A DNA stretch of 64,000 nucleotides from Arcobacteraceae bacterium. Its GTDB lineage: Bacteria; Campylobacterota; Campylobacteria; Campylobacterales; Arcobacteraceae. Below are positions 18,182-27,987 of this stretch, in pieces. The notes beneath the pieces are model-generated. The model made no database searches and was not told where the DNA came from. It saw only the letters and a list, made by a program, of their open reading frames with translations. Made by a program: the position numbers and the translations under genes. Every line of letters begins with the position of its first letter. Positions within the stretch are counted from its first letter, which is position 1. Where the stretch lies: the NCBI GenBank assembly GCA_963662945.1, contig OY759974.1, positions 1,056,001 to 1,120,000 of the forward strand, in the 5' to 3' direction.

Positions 18182-19126
18182 TTATAATAACTCTTTAATT
18201 GCATCGATAAATGTCTCATTATCATTAATACATTTACAAACTCTGTATTCTTTTATACCTAATTCTTTTGCAAGTTCTCTATATTCTATATCAAGTTCAA
18301 AAACTGTTTCACTGTTATCAATTATAAAAGAGATAGGATAAATAATCACTTTTTCCCCTTTAAAATGTTTTAGCATCTCTTCTAAACTAGGTCTTAACCA
18401 CTTCATTGGTCCTACTTTTGATTGGTATGCTAAATTAATTGATTTTATTTTTGTTGCATAATGTGTTAATTTTTCTTTTAAAATTTCAACATGCTCTTCA
18501 ACTTGTTTTTGATAAGGATCTCCATTATTTACAATTTTCTGTGGCAACCCATGTGCTGAAAAAATAATATGAAAATCATTATATTTTCCTTGAACTCTAA
18601 TAATCTCATCACAAATGGCTTTATTGTAAAGTTCTTTTTTATAAAAAGGTTCTATCACTGTAATATTAAACTCTTCCTCTTGAGCTTTTAACATAAAATC
18701 ATCAATACTAGATTTTACAGTAGTTGTAGAATATTGGGGATACAGTGGAAGTAAAATCACATCTTTAATATTTTGTTCTTTAATTCTTGCAATAGCAGTT
18801 TGTGAAAAAGGTGAAGTATATCTCATTGCATCTGTTATAAAATACTCTGGTAATTCTTTTTCTAATTTTTCTATTAGTTTATTCGTCAATTCATGTAAAG
18901 GAGAAGCTCCCCCAATCTCTTCATAGTTTTTCCAAGCTTTATTTAATCTAAATGTTACAATCAAAGAAGCTAACATGGAACGTATTGTTGTATTTTTTAA
19001 TGTTAATATATTTTCATCATTAAACATATTTGTTAAAAATACTTCTAGTTCATCTTTGCTTCTAGCTGCACCCATATTTAATAATACTAACGCTTTTTTA
19101 TAAATCAAATTCTTCGAATGTGTCAT
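18182..19126 (-). CDS. hemH: Ferrochelatase
   Basis: LLNMG, GGASPL, AMRY, PLYPQYS, FSAHGLP, GDPY, YQSKVGP and DNSET. Confidence 0.96.
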   Translation of the reverse strand: MTHSKNLIYKKALVLLNMGAARSKDELEVFLTNMFNDENILTLKNTTIRSMLASLIVTFRLNKAWKNYEEIGGASPLHELTNKLIEKLEKELPEYFITDAMRYTSPFSQTAIARIKEQNIKDVILLPLYPQYSTTTVKSSIDDFMLKAQEEEFNITVIEPFYKKELYNKAICDEIIRVQGKYNDFHIIFSAHGLPQKIVNNGDPYQKQVEEHVEILKEKLTHYATKIKSINLAYQSKVGPMKWLRPSLEEMLKHFKGEKVIIYPISFIIDNSETVFELDIEYRELAKELGIKEYRVCKCINDNETFIDAIKELL

Positions 19127-19133
19127 TTATATC

Positions 19134-19727
19134 CTATTTATTGTCTATATTTATTATTGTGTCACTACACCAAGAAGCCAATGCTTTGTCGTGCGTAATT
19201 AAAAGAATACCAAACCTATCTAAAAAAGAGATTAACATCTTCATAGTCTCTAATGCTGTAATATTATCTAAAGCACTTGTAGGTTCATCGGCAAGCAGTA
19301 AATCTGGTTTTATTAATACAGCTCGTAAAATACTACAACGTTGTAATTGACCACCACTAAGTTCATGTGGTTTTTTATAAATTAATTCTTTTTGTAAATC
19401 TAATTTTTGCAAAATTTCGTATAATTCTGTAGTTGTATAACTTTCAACTACATCATTTATTTGTTCGATTATACTGTATGTTGGATGAAAGGAACTATAC
19501 GGATCTTGATAAATAGAAGCTACTTTTTTTGTTTTTATTTCACCTTGAAAAGGCTGTAAATTATTCGTTATTAATTCAAATAAAGTTGACTTACCACTTC
19601 CACTTACCCCTACTATAGAGATTATTTCATTCTTATTTAATTTTAAAGAGAAGTCATTATATATAAGTTTTTCTTTTTTATATCCAAAACTGATACTTTT
19701 AATCTCTAGTACACTATTATTTTTCAT
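19134..19727 (-). CDS. Orphan ABC ATP-binding protein
   Basis: GVSGSGKS, LSGGQ, LLADEPT and ITHD. No permease adjacent. Confidence 0.9.
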   Translation of the reverse strand: MKNNSVLEIKSISFGYKKEKLIYNDFSLKLNKNEIISIVGVSGSGKSTLFELITNNLQPFQGEIKTKKVASIYQDPYSSFHPTYSIIEQINDVVESYTTTELYEILQKLDLQKELIYKKPHELSGGQLQRCSILRAVLIKPDLLLADEPTSALDNITALETMKMLISFLDRFGILLITHDKALASWCSDTIINIDNK

Positions 19728-19813
19728 AAATGACATTCTATCTTAATTTTTATAAGATAAGTTAAAGTAAATTACTTGTATTATTTGTGAAACAAAAATT
19801 TAGGAGATATAAT

Positions 19814-20086
19814 ATGAAAAAAATCGTATTAGGAACATTAGTATGTAGTGTTGCTGCATTCGCTGCAGTTAATTTAGGAGCATGTAAAGGTTGTCACGGT
19901 GCAAACTTTGAAAAAGCTGCTTTAGGAAAATCTAAAATCGTTTCAGACATGACTAAAGATGAAGTTTCTGCTGCACTTGTTGGGTACAAAAATGGTACTT
20001 ACGGTGGGGCTATGAAAGGTGTAATGAAAGGTCAAGTTGCTAGATATAGTGAGGCTGAATTAAAATCTACTGGTCTTGGTAAATAA
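19814..20086 (+). CDS. Monoheme cytochrome c553-like
   Basis: Signal peptide, CKGCH and YGGAMKGVM. AGGAG SD before ATG 19814. Confidence 0.93.
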   Translation: MKKIVLGTLVCSVAAFAAVNLGACKGCHGANFEKAALGKSKIVSDMTKDEVSAALVGYKNGTYGGAMKGVMKGQVARYSEAELKSTGLGK

Positions 20087-20113
20087 TTAAACTATTTTTA
20101 AATAGCAGATTTT

Positions 20114-20154
20114 AAAAGCCAATCACTTAATTTTAAGTGGTTGGCTTTTTTTTT
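20114..20154 (+). terminator. Intrinsic terminator after cytochrome c553
   Basis: AAAAGCCAATCACTTAA / TTAAGTGGTTGGCTTTT stem followed by a T-run. Confidence 0.85.
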
Positions 20155-20189
20155 AGATTAAGTTAGATTATTTACACTGGGAGATTAAT

Positions 20190-20966
20190 ATGAGAAAAAT
20201 TACTTTAGGGATTTTAGCGTGTACAACAATACTTCTATGTGATGTAAATATTGAATCATGTAAAAGTTGTCATGGTGCTGATTTTGAAAAAGCAGCTCTT
20301 GGGAAGTCAAAAATCGTAAAAGATATGACAAAAAGTGAAGTTTCTGCTGCTCTAATTGGATACAAGAACGGTACATATGGTGATTCAATGAAAGGGATTA
20401 TGTACAATAACGTTAAGATGTACACCAATAAAGAATTAAGTACCACAGGTATTGGTTCAAGCACAAAAATTATGAAACAAGGTCTAAAAAGTTCTATTGA
20501 TCTTACTTCTTGTAAAGGATGTCATGGAGTTGATTTTGAAAAAGCAGCTCTTGGTAAATCTAAAATAGTAAGAGATATGACAAAAAGTGAAGTCTCTGCT
20601 GCTTTAATTGGATATAAACATGGTACTTATGGTGGAAGTATGAAAGGTATTATGTATAATAATGTCAAAATGTACACCAACAAAGAGTTAAGTACGACAG
20701 GTATAGGTGTAAATAATGTCATTCATAAAGAGCCAATTAAGAGTTCTATTGATTTGACTTCATGTAAAGAATGTCATGGGGTTGACTTTGAAAAAGCATC
20801 ACTTGGTTCTTCAAAAATTGTAAGAGATATGACTAAAGAAGAAGTTATAGAAGCACTTCTTGGATACAAAAATGGTACCTATGGTGGAAGTATGAAAGGT
20901 GTTATGATAGAAAAAGTGAAAGCTTACAGTGAAGAAGAATTAAGAACAACTGGATTAGGTAAATAA
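20190..20966 (+). CDS. Triheme cytochrome c made of three tandem c553 domains
   Basis: CKSCH, CKGCH and CKECH, each followed by FEKA.LG.SKIV.DM and SMKG.M. Confidence 0.9.
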   Translation: MRKITLGILACTTILLCDVNIESCKSCHGADFEKAALGKSKIVKDMTKSEVSAALIGYKNGTYGDSMKGIMYNNVKMYTNKELSTTGIGSSTKIMKQGLKSSIDLTSCKGCHGVDFEKAALGKSKIVRDMTKSEVSAALIGYKHGTYGGSMKGIMYNNVKMYTNKELSTTGIGVNNVIHKEPIKSSIDLTSCKECHGVDFEKASLGSSKIVRDMTKEEVIEALLGYKNGTYGGSMKGVMIEKVKAYSEEELRTTGLGK

Positions 20967-20970
20967 TAAA

Positions 20971-21192
20971 TTATTTATCTAATTCTTTTGCTTTCTTTTC
21001 TTTCATTGCTTTAACTTTTTCTTCTTTTTTAACCGCATCTTGCAAATCTTCTGTTGAATCGTTTAAAAGCCCATTCATCATCTTTTTCCCATCGTCAAAC
21101 TGCCCTTGTTTAACACCCCATATAAAAATACCTAAAAGTGTAAAACTTACAATAATTCCGACAATCAATTCTAACCATAATATGCCAGTCAT
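20971..21192 (-). CDS. ccoS: cbb3 oxidase assembly protein CcoS
   Basis: TM helix followed by FIWGVKQGQFDD. Directly after ccoI. Confidence 0.92.
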   Translation of the reverse strand: MTGILWLELIVGIIVSFTLLGIFIWGVKQGQFDDGKKMMNGLLNDSTEDLQDAVKKEEKVKAMKEKKAKELDK

Positions 21193-23610
21193 CTAATTTC
21201 CTTTATATTTATTATTATTTATTCTCATACTATTCCCAACTACTAGTAAAGAACTTAAACTCATAGATAAAGCAGCAACTAAAGGTATTACATATCCAGC
21301 CATTGCTATTGGAACTGTTAATACATTATATACCAATGATATAGCTAAATTTTGTTTGATGAAATTAAAAGTTCTTTTTGAGATATAGATACTTTTTTCT
21401 AATCCTTTTAAACTGTCGTTTAAAATAACCACATCACTTATTGCAATTGAAATATCAGCACCATTTCCCATAGAAATAGCAATAGAAGCTCTACTTAATG
21501 CTAATGCATCATTGACACCATCTCCTGCCATTACAACAATTTTTCCTTCATCTTTTAATTTTGAAATATAATTTGCTTTATCAATAGGTGACATTTTTGC
21601 CTTATAATTCGATATTCCAACTTGTGAAGCAACTTTTGAAACAATTTGTTCATTATCCCCACTGCACATAATCACTTCTATATTTTGTGACTTCAGATAC
21701 TCTATAGTTTCCTTCGCATCTTCTTTTATAGTATCTTCTAACTCAAAAGTAGCCATTAATTTATCATCTATTGCAAAGTGATATATTGTAGAATGATACT
21801 CCTTATCCACTAGAATATCTTGATTTATCAATAACTCTTTATTCCCACCATAAATATTTTTTCCATTATATTTAGACTGTAATCCTTGTGCATGAACTTG
21901 TTCCGTATTTTCTAACTCAACATGTAAAATATTTTCAAAATTTTCTTCTAAATACTTTTTTATTGCTTTACTAATAGGGTGTGTAGAACTATCTACCAGA
22001 CTATATAAAATATTTAATTGTTCATTATTTAATTTTTGACAATCTGTATGCGTCACAGATAATTTTCCAGAGGTAATAGTTCCCGTTTTATCCAAAACAA
22101 TCGTATCTGTTTTTGCAAATGTTTCTATAAATTTTGCTTCTTTAAATAATAATCCTTCACGAGCAAGCCAACTAACTCCAATAAGGCTTGCTATAGGTGT
22201 TGCTAATGCTAAAGCACAAGGACAAGCAATTATAATTACAGAAATTGCTATAATTAATGACTTTTCAAAACTTCCATCATAAAAATACCATCCAGCAAAT
22301 GTAGCAAGGGCAAGAGATAATATTACAATAGAAAAATATTTTGAAAGTTCATTTGTCACATCTTCTATTTTTGGTTTTGAATTTAATGAATCTTCAAGTA
22401 ATTCAACAATACTATTTAAAGTAGAATTTGCATAATTTTTTACTGCTTTATATCGAATAACTTGATTTAAATTAACAGTTCCACTATATATTTTATCTCC
22501 AAGTTTTTTTAAAACAGGTAGTGATTCTCCACTAATACTACTCTCATCAAATGTAGTTTCACCACTTATTAACTCTCCATCTACACTTGCTTTCTCACCA
22601 TTTTTGACTTCAATGATATCCCCAATTTCTATTTTATCTAAAGGAACTACTTTTTTTCCACCATCGACAATAATGGTAGCTTCCAAGGGAATCGTTGATT
22701 TAATTTTATCCATAGTATCAACTGCACCTTTTTTCCCAATAACTTCAAGATATTTACCTACAAGAACAAAAGTAATAATCATAGCTGCACTATCAAAATA
22801 GCTGTGTCCATTTCCACCAAATAAAACATACAGTGAATAGATATAAATTAATGTAGCACCTGAACTAACAAGAAAATCCATATTTAATATTTTATTTTTT
22901 AGACCATAATATGCCCCTCGGAAAAATATCCATCCACTGTAAAAAACAACAGGTGTTGCAAAAATAAATTCAGCCATATGAATAAGTCTAAGCATATCTT
23001 CTTCCATACCAGTAAAAAAACCAGTATATTTAGCAACGCCTATCATCATAATATTCATCGAAGCAAAAATTGCCACACTCATCCGTAAAAAATAATCTCT
23101 TTTATTTTTTGTGGCTTTTTTTTCACTCTCACTTCTATCATAAGGATATGCGTTATATCCTATACTTCTAATTTTATCAATTATTGCAGATAATTTTATT
23201 GTATTTTCATCCCAAATTATTTTGGCCTTATTATTTGTAAAGTTTATACTCGCTTCTACTATTCCTGGTGTTTGTGCTAATACTTTTTCATTTAACCAAA
23301 TACAAGCTGCACAATGAATACCTTCAATAATCAAATCAACTCGACTAAATCCTTCGTTAGTAGTTTTAATATATCTAGTTTTAAAACTCTCCATATCAAA
23401 GTTACTACTATCAGCCCCAAGTGCAACTGGCGGTGCAATACTATTTTTACCCATTTTCTCGTAAAAACTATCTAACCCATCATCTTTTAAAAGATGATAC
23501 ACACCTTGACACCCATTACAACAAAAATTTAATTCTGGATTATCAGACTCCTTTATCATCACTTTTTCATCAAATTCTAAATGACAGTGTGTACATTTTA
23601 CTAATGACAT
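21193..23610 (-). CDS. ccoI: P1B-type Cu ATPase, CcoI/FixI type
   Basis: CTHC, FCCNGC, HCAAC, CPCALALATP, DKTGT, HP and GDGVND. Adjacent to ccoS. Confidence 0.9.
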   Translation of the reverse strand: MSLVKCTHCHLEFDEKVMIKESDNPELNFCCNGCQGVYHLLKDDGLDSFYEKMGKNSIAPPVALGADSSNFDMESFKTRYIKTTNEGFSRVDLIIEGIHCAACIWLNEKVLAQTPGIVEASINFTNNKAKIIWDENTIKLSAIIDKIRSIGYNAYPYDRSESEKKATKNKRDYFLRMSVAIFASMNIMMIGVAKYTGFFTGMEEDMLRLIHMAEFIFATPVVFYSGWIFFRGAYYGLKNKILNMDFLVSSGATLIYIYSLYVLFGGNGHSYFDSAAMIITFVLVGKYLEVIGKKGAVDTMDKIKSTIPLEATIIVDGGKKVVPLDKIEIGDIIEVKNGEKASVDGELISGETTFDESSISGESLPVLKKLGDKIYSGTVNLNQVIRYKAVKNYANSTLNSIVELLEDSLNSKPKIEDVTNELSKYFSIVILSLALATFAGWYFYDGSFEKSLIIAISVIIIACPCALALATPIASLIGVSWLAREGLLFKEAKFIETFAKTDTIVLDKTGTITSGKLSVTHTDCQKLNNEQLNILYSLVDSSTHPISKAIKKYLEENFENILHVELENTEQVHAQGLQSKYNGKNIYGGNKELLINQDILVDKEYHSTIYHFAIDDKLMATFELEDTIKEDAKETIEYLKSQNIEVIMCSGDNEQIVSKVASQVGISNYKAKMSPIDKANYISKLKDEGKIVVMAGDGVNDALALSRASIAISMGNGADISIAISDVVILNDSLKGLEKSIYISKRTFNFIKQNLAISLVYNVLTVPIAMAGYVIPLVAALSMSLSSLLVVGNSMRINNNKYKGN

Positions 23611-24116
23611 TCAAACAATCCTAATTCTCTATTTTTTTTAATCTTTTTATATTTTTCGACCATTCCATGCATTGATATAAATACTCCACTTTTTTTATGT
23701 GATAAAAGGTATCCATATCCCATCATCATATTTGCAACTGCTTCAACTTTATTGATACTATAAGGTACCATAGCACCAGTTAATATTATTTGTTTATCTT
23801 TAAGATTTTGATCTAAAAATAAAGCAGTTTGATCCATCGTATCTGTTCCGTGAATAATTAAAATTTTTTTATATTTAGATTTATTGATAAACTCTACTAA
23901 TAACTTTCTATCTTCATTTGTCATATCTAAACTATCTTTATAAATAATACCTTTTACTTCAATATTATCTATTTTAGATTTATTCAATATTTCTTTTACT
24001 AAATCATTATTCTTCTTAATTACTAAACTTCCATTAAGTTCATTATACTGTTTATTAAATGTTCCACCAGTATTTATTAAGAGAATATTTTTATTATTTT
24101 TCATTTTATTATTCAC
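23601..24116 (-). CDS. Short asparaginase N-terminal-domain protein
   Basis: TGGTFNK, DSLDM, HGTDTM and LTGAM. Confidence 0.85.
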   Translation of the reverse strand: MNNKMKNNKNILLINTGGTFNKQYNELNGSLVIKKNNDLVKEILNKSKIDNIEVKGIIYKDSLDMTNEDRKLLVEFINKSKYKKILIIHGTDTMDQTALFLDQNLKDKQIILTGAMVPYSINKVEAVANMMMGYGYLLSHKKSGVFISMHGMVEKYKKIKKNRELGLFECH

Positions 24117-24169
24117 TATTTATTAAATTTGTTGTATTATATAAAAAGTATTATAAATAAAGAGAGATT

Positions 24170-25792
24170 ATGAACAACGATGTTTCAAGATTAAAAGATA
24201 TTACAGTTTTGTATTGTGAAGATGAACAATATCTTAGAGATGTAACTAAAGGTATTTTAGAAACATTTACTAAAAAACAATTTATTGCAGAAGATGGTGC
24301 AATAGGTTTAGAACTCTTTAAAAAATATGAAGACGAGATTGATTTAATTATTACTGATGTTAATATGCCAAATATGAATGGTTTAGATATGACAAAAGAG
24401 ATTAAAGCAATCAACCCAAATATTCCGATTGTTGTGGCAACAGCATTTTCAAACTCTGAATATCTTCTTGAAGCTATTGAATTAGGTGTTGATAAATATG
24501 TGTTAAAACCTATCAATATCAAAAAATTACTTGATACTATGAATCAATCTTTAATGTATCATGAACTAAGAGATTTATACAAAGATTCTTTAACACATGT
24601 AGCTAACAGAAATGCACTTATTAAAGATATATCAAAACTTTCAAAGTCTACTATTGCATTAATAGATATTGATAAATTTTCTGTATTAAATGACTTGTAT
24701 GGTGAACAAAATGGTGATGAGATTCTTATACAATTTACTGCTCTTTTAAATCAACATTTTAACAAAGAGACTTTTAAAATTTATAGAGTGGGTTCTGACC
24801 GATTTGTAATACTCTCAAATGACCCTAATTTAGACGTAGAAACATTAAAACAAGAATGTACACAATTTGCTCTAAAAATAGACACTGATGGTGTAGATGT
24901 TAAAGATACAAATATTGATGTTAATATTACAATAGGACTAGCACAATCTGAAGATAAACATGCTTTTGAATATGCACAACGAGCTATCCAAAAAGCAAGA
25001 AAAAAATATCTTCAAATTTTAGAATATGATGAATCATTATTTGAACAAAAGAAAGATTTTCAAGAAAATATTACTTGGATTAAAAAAATAAAAAGTGGTA
25101 TTGCTGATAATAGTTTTCACTCATATCTACAACCAATTGTTGATGCCCATACACAACAGGTATACAAATATGAAGCCCTTATACGATATATAGGTGAAGA
25201 TGGAAAAGAAGTTGCCCCATTTTACTTTCTTCCAATTGCAAAAAAAGCAAAACTTTTCCCTATTATTATTAAAATTATGCTTACAAATGTAATTGAAATA
25301 ATAAAAGAAAGAGGGGTAAGAATTGCTGTAAATCTTTCTTTTGATGATATAGTAAATAAAGAAACTTCACATTTTATATACTCAACCTTAGAAAACCATC
25401 CAGAAGAAGCTAAACTTTTAGAATTTGAAATTTTAGAAAGTGAAGAGATTGAAGATTTTGACATCGTAAGAGAATTTATTGCAAAAATACGAGAGTTAGG
25501 TTGTCAAATTGGTGTAGATGACTTTGGTGCTGGATATTCTAACTTTAATATGTTAGAAGCTTTAAATATTGATTATGTAAAAATTGATGGTTCTTTAATT
25601 AAAGAGATAGATCACTTACCAAAACAAGCTTTAATCGTTGAAACCATTGCTCAATTTTGTAAAAAACTTGGTATTAAAACCGTTGCTGAATTTGTTTGTA
25701 GTGAAGAGATATATAATACTGCAAAAAAACTAGGAATTGATTATATGCAAGGTTACCATTTTGGTAAACCAGTCAATAAAAATGATATCTAA
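24170..25792 (+). CDS. REC-GGDEF(degenerate)-EAL protein, probable c-di-GMP phosphodiesterase
   Basis: REC domain (CEDE, TDVNMP, KP), GSDRF in place of GGDEF, and YEALIR, DDFGAGYS, KIDG, AEFV, QGY. Confidence 0.9.
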   Translation: MNNDVSRLKDITVLYCEDEQYLRDVTKGILETFTKKQFIAEDGAIGLELFKKYEDEIDLIITDVNMPNMNGLDMTKEIKAINPNIPIVVATAFSNSEYLLEAIELGVDKYVLKPINIKKLLDTMNQSLMYHELRDLYKDSLTHVANRNALIKDISKLSKSTIALIDIDKFSVLNDLYGEQNGDEILIQFTALLNQHFNKETFKIYRVGSDRFVILSNDPNLDVETLKQECTQFALKIDTDGVDVKDTNIDVNITIGLAQSEDKHAFEYAQRAIQKARKKYLQILEYDESLFEQKKDFQENITWIKKIKSGIADNSFHSYLQPIVDAHTQQVYKYEALIRYIGEDGKEVAPFYFLPIAKKAKLFPIIIKIMLTNVIEIIKERGVRIAVNLSFDDIVNKETSHFIYSTLENHPEEAKLLEFEILESEEIEDFDIVREFIAKIRELGCQIGVDDFGAGYSNFNMLEALNIDYVKIDGSLIKEIDHLPKQALIVETIAQFCKKLGIKTVAEFVCSEEIYNTAKKLGIDYMQGYHFGKPVNKNDI

Positions 25793-25793
25793 T

Positions 25794-26408
25794 CTAACTA
25801 TTCCATATTTTTACTAAAGTTTCATTATCAAACATTTTAGATTTTATAAGTGCACTTTTTGCAACTGATATTAATTTATCAGCTGCTTCGTCTAAATCAT
25901 CATTAATAATTAAATAATCATATTCTTGAGTATATTTTATCTCAATTTGTGCATTTTTAATTCTTTTTTCTATTACTTCAATAGAGTCTGTACCTCTTGA
26001 AGTTAATCTATGTTCTAACTCTTTCAATGTTGGAGTTGTTATAAAAACTGTTGTAGTAATATCTCGTAGCTTTTCTATTACTTGTTCAAAACCTTGAACA
26101 TCAATATCAAATATAACGAGTTTCCCCTTATCTAATGCCTCTTGCATAGGTTTTAAAGATGTACCATAATAATTCCCATGAACTTCTGCCCATTCTAAAA
26201 AATTACCTTCTGCAACATCTTTTAAAAACTCTTCTTTTGTAACAAAATAATAATCAACACCATCTTGTTCTCCAACCCTTGGAGCACGTGTAGTTGTTGA
26301 AATAGAAAAATAATAATTATCAATAACTTGATAAAGTTTTTTTAAAAGAGAACTTTTTCCACAACCGCTAGGGCCTGATAGAAGAAGAACTGCACCTTTA
26401 TCAAACAT
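25794..26408 (-). CDS. gmk: Guanylate kinase
   Basis: SGPSGCGKS, SISTTTRAPR.GEQDGVDYYF and GNYYGT. Confidence 0.97.
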   Translation of the reverse strand: MFDKGAVLLLSGPSGCGKSSLLKKLYQVIDNYYFSISTTTRAPRVGEQDGVDYYFVTKEEFLKDVAEGNFLEWAEVHGNYYGTSLKPMQEALDKGKLVIFDIDVQGFEQVIEKLRDITTTVFITTPTLKELEHRLTSRGTDSIEVIEKRIKNAQIEIKYTQEYDYLIINDDLDEAADKLISVAKSALIKSKMFDNETLVKIWNS

Positions 26409-26409
26409 A

Positions 26410-27258
26410 TTATTTAGCATTTGTATCCAGTTTTAAAAGTAAACTAACTTCATTTCCATCAGCTAATGAATCTATTATTTCTTGATCTAACATACTTAGA
26501 AGTGGTTTTAATTCATCTAGTTCATAATTATTTAAAAGTAATTTAATTGGATTATTATCCACTCTGTCATAAATATGATCAACAGTATTTACTTCATCAA
26601 TTGCTTGATCTATTATAGAAGATAAATCAATCCACTGTTCCTCTGATTCTTCATCTGCATCAACAAAATTATTTGGTGTATTATATGCTGTTTGTTCACC
26701 TATAATACTCTCAATCATCGAGAGTTCATTTCTATCTAAAACGCCACCTTGATTGACAGAACTTCTTGAAACAACACTATCGTCTACTTCTTCTTTCATA
26801 TCATCTGCAATATCGTCAGCTAAACTTTCTAGATATTCAATTGAAACAGTAGGATCGTCTTTTTGTAATGTGTCGATGGCAAATTCATCAAAATCTTCAT
26901 CTTCAACTTCAATATTTGATACGTATGTTTTAGAATTTATTCTTTTATTCAATATCTCAATTTGTTTTTCTAAAATATCTTGTAATGATGAAGGTAAAAA
27001 TGGCATAGGAATGATAAAATCATTTGCAAATTCAAATGGTAAATCTTCTTTTGAAATTGCACCGATTAATTTTGAATATGTTTTTATGATATTAAATCTA
27101 TCATTAATAAACTCATTATCTAGTACTATCAAATCTACTTTATGATCTATTTGAGCATCATGTAAAATCTCCAAAGAGATATTTAATTTTTTACAAACTA
27201 ATGTAAATATTTGAATAACAATAGGTTTTTTTGAAACTAAAACTAAATTTTTATTCAT
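26410..27258 (-). CDS. Highly acidic hypothetical protein with a receiver-like N-terminus
   Basis: D/E-rich. N-terminus ends in MPFLPS. Sits upstream of gmk like the C. jejuni 'highly acidic protein' (recalled). Confidence 0.6.
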   Translation of the reverse strand: MNKNLVLVSKKPIVIQIFTLVCKKLNISLEILHDAQIDHKVDLIVLDNEFINDRFNIIKTYSKLIGAISKEDLPFEFANDFIIPMPFLPSSLQDILEKQIEILNKRINSKTYVSNIEVEDEDFDEFAIDTLQKDDPTVSIEYLESLADDIADDMKEEVDDSVVSRSSVNQGGVLDRNELSMIESIIGEQTAYNTPNNFVDADEESEEQWIDLSSIIDQAIDEVNTVDHIYDRVDNNPIKLLLNNYELDELKPLLSMLDQEIIDSLADGNEVSLLLKLDTNAK

Positions 27259-27276
27259 CTAGTGCTCTTTTTAATC

Positions 27277-27954
27277 TCATTTTAATTGCTCCAATCTATA
27301 ATCATTGAGTTTGTAAACTTTATTACACTTAAATGCTATCTCTTCTTCATGTGTAACTATTATCAATCCAGCACTATTTTTTTCAATATAATCAAACAAA
27401 ACATTTATAACTTCATTTGCTGTTTCATGATCCAAATTTCCAGTTGGTTCATCAGCAAAAATAATTTTAGGTTTTTTAGTAAGAACCCTTGCACACGACA
27501 AACGCTGCTGTTGTCCTCCACTTAATTCACCAATACCTTGTGTCATTACATGATCAATTTTTAAAGATTTTAATAAATCTTCATTAATAGTTTCTTGACT
27601 TAAAAACTCCGATATTTTTAAATTTTCTAATGCACTAAATCCACGAAATAAATAGTGTGCTTGAAAAATTATACCAAAATCATTTCGTCTGATTTGTAAT
27701 AGTTCATTTTTAGATAAATTAAAAATATTCTCACTATTGTAGTATACTTCACCTTTATTTGGAATCAATAAAGAAGAAAATATGTTCAGTAAAGTAGATT
27801 TTCCGCTACCACTTACACCAATAATAGCAATAGTTTCTTTTTTTTCTAATGTTAAATTAATATCTTCAAAAAGTGGATAGTCAAAGTTATGAGACACTCC
27901 CCTTACTTGAAGTAAGGGGGTTTCTGTAGTTTTAGTGTTACTAGTATCTTTCAT
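27277..27954 (-). CDS. ABC ATP-binding protein (LolD-like)
   Basis: GVSGSGKS, LSGGQQQR and ADEPTGNLD. Confidence 0.9.
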   Translation of the reverse strand: MKDTSNTKTTETPLLQVRGVSHNFDYPLFEDINLTLEKKETIAIIGVSGSGKSTLLNIFSSLLIPNKGEVYYNSENIFNLSKNELLQIRRNDFGIIFQAHYLFRGFSALENLKISEFLSQETINEDLLKSLKIDHVMTQGIGELSGGQQQRLSCARVLTKKPKIIFADEPTGNLDHETANEVINVLFDYIEKNSAGLIIVTHEEEIAFKCNKVYKLNDYRLEQLK

Positions 27955-27987
27955 CTATATTAACACTAGGTTTTGTAACTATTGTTA

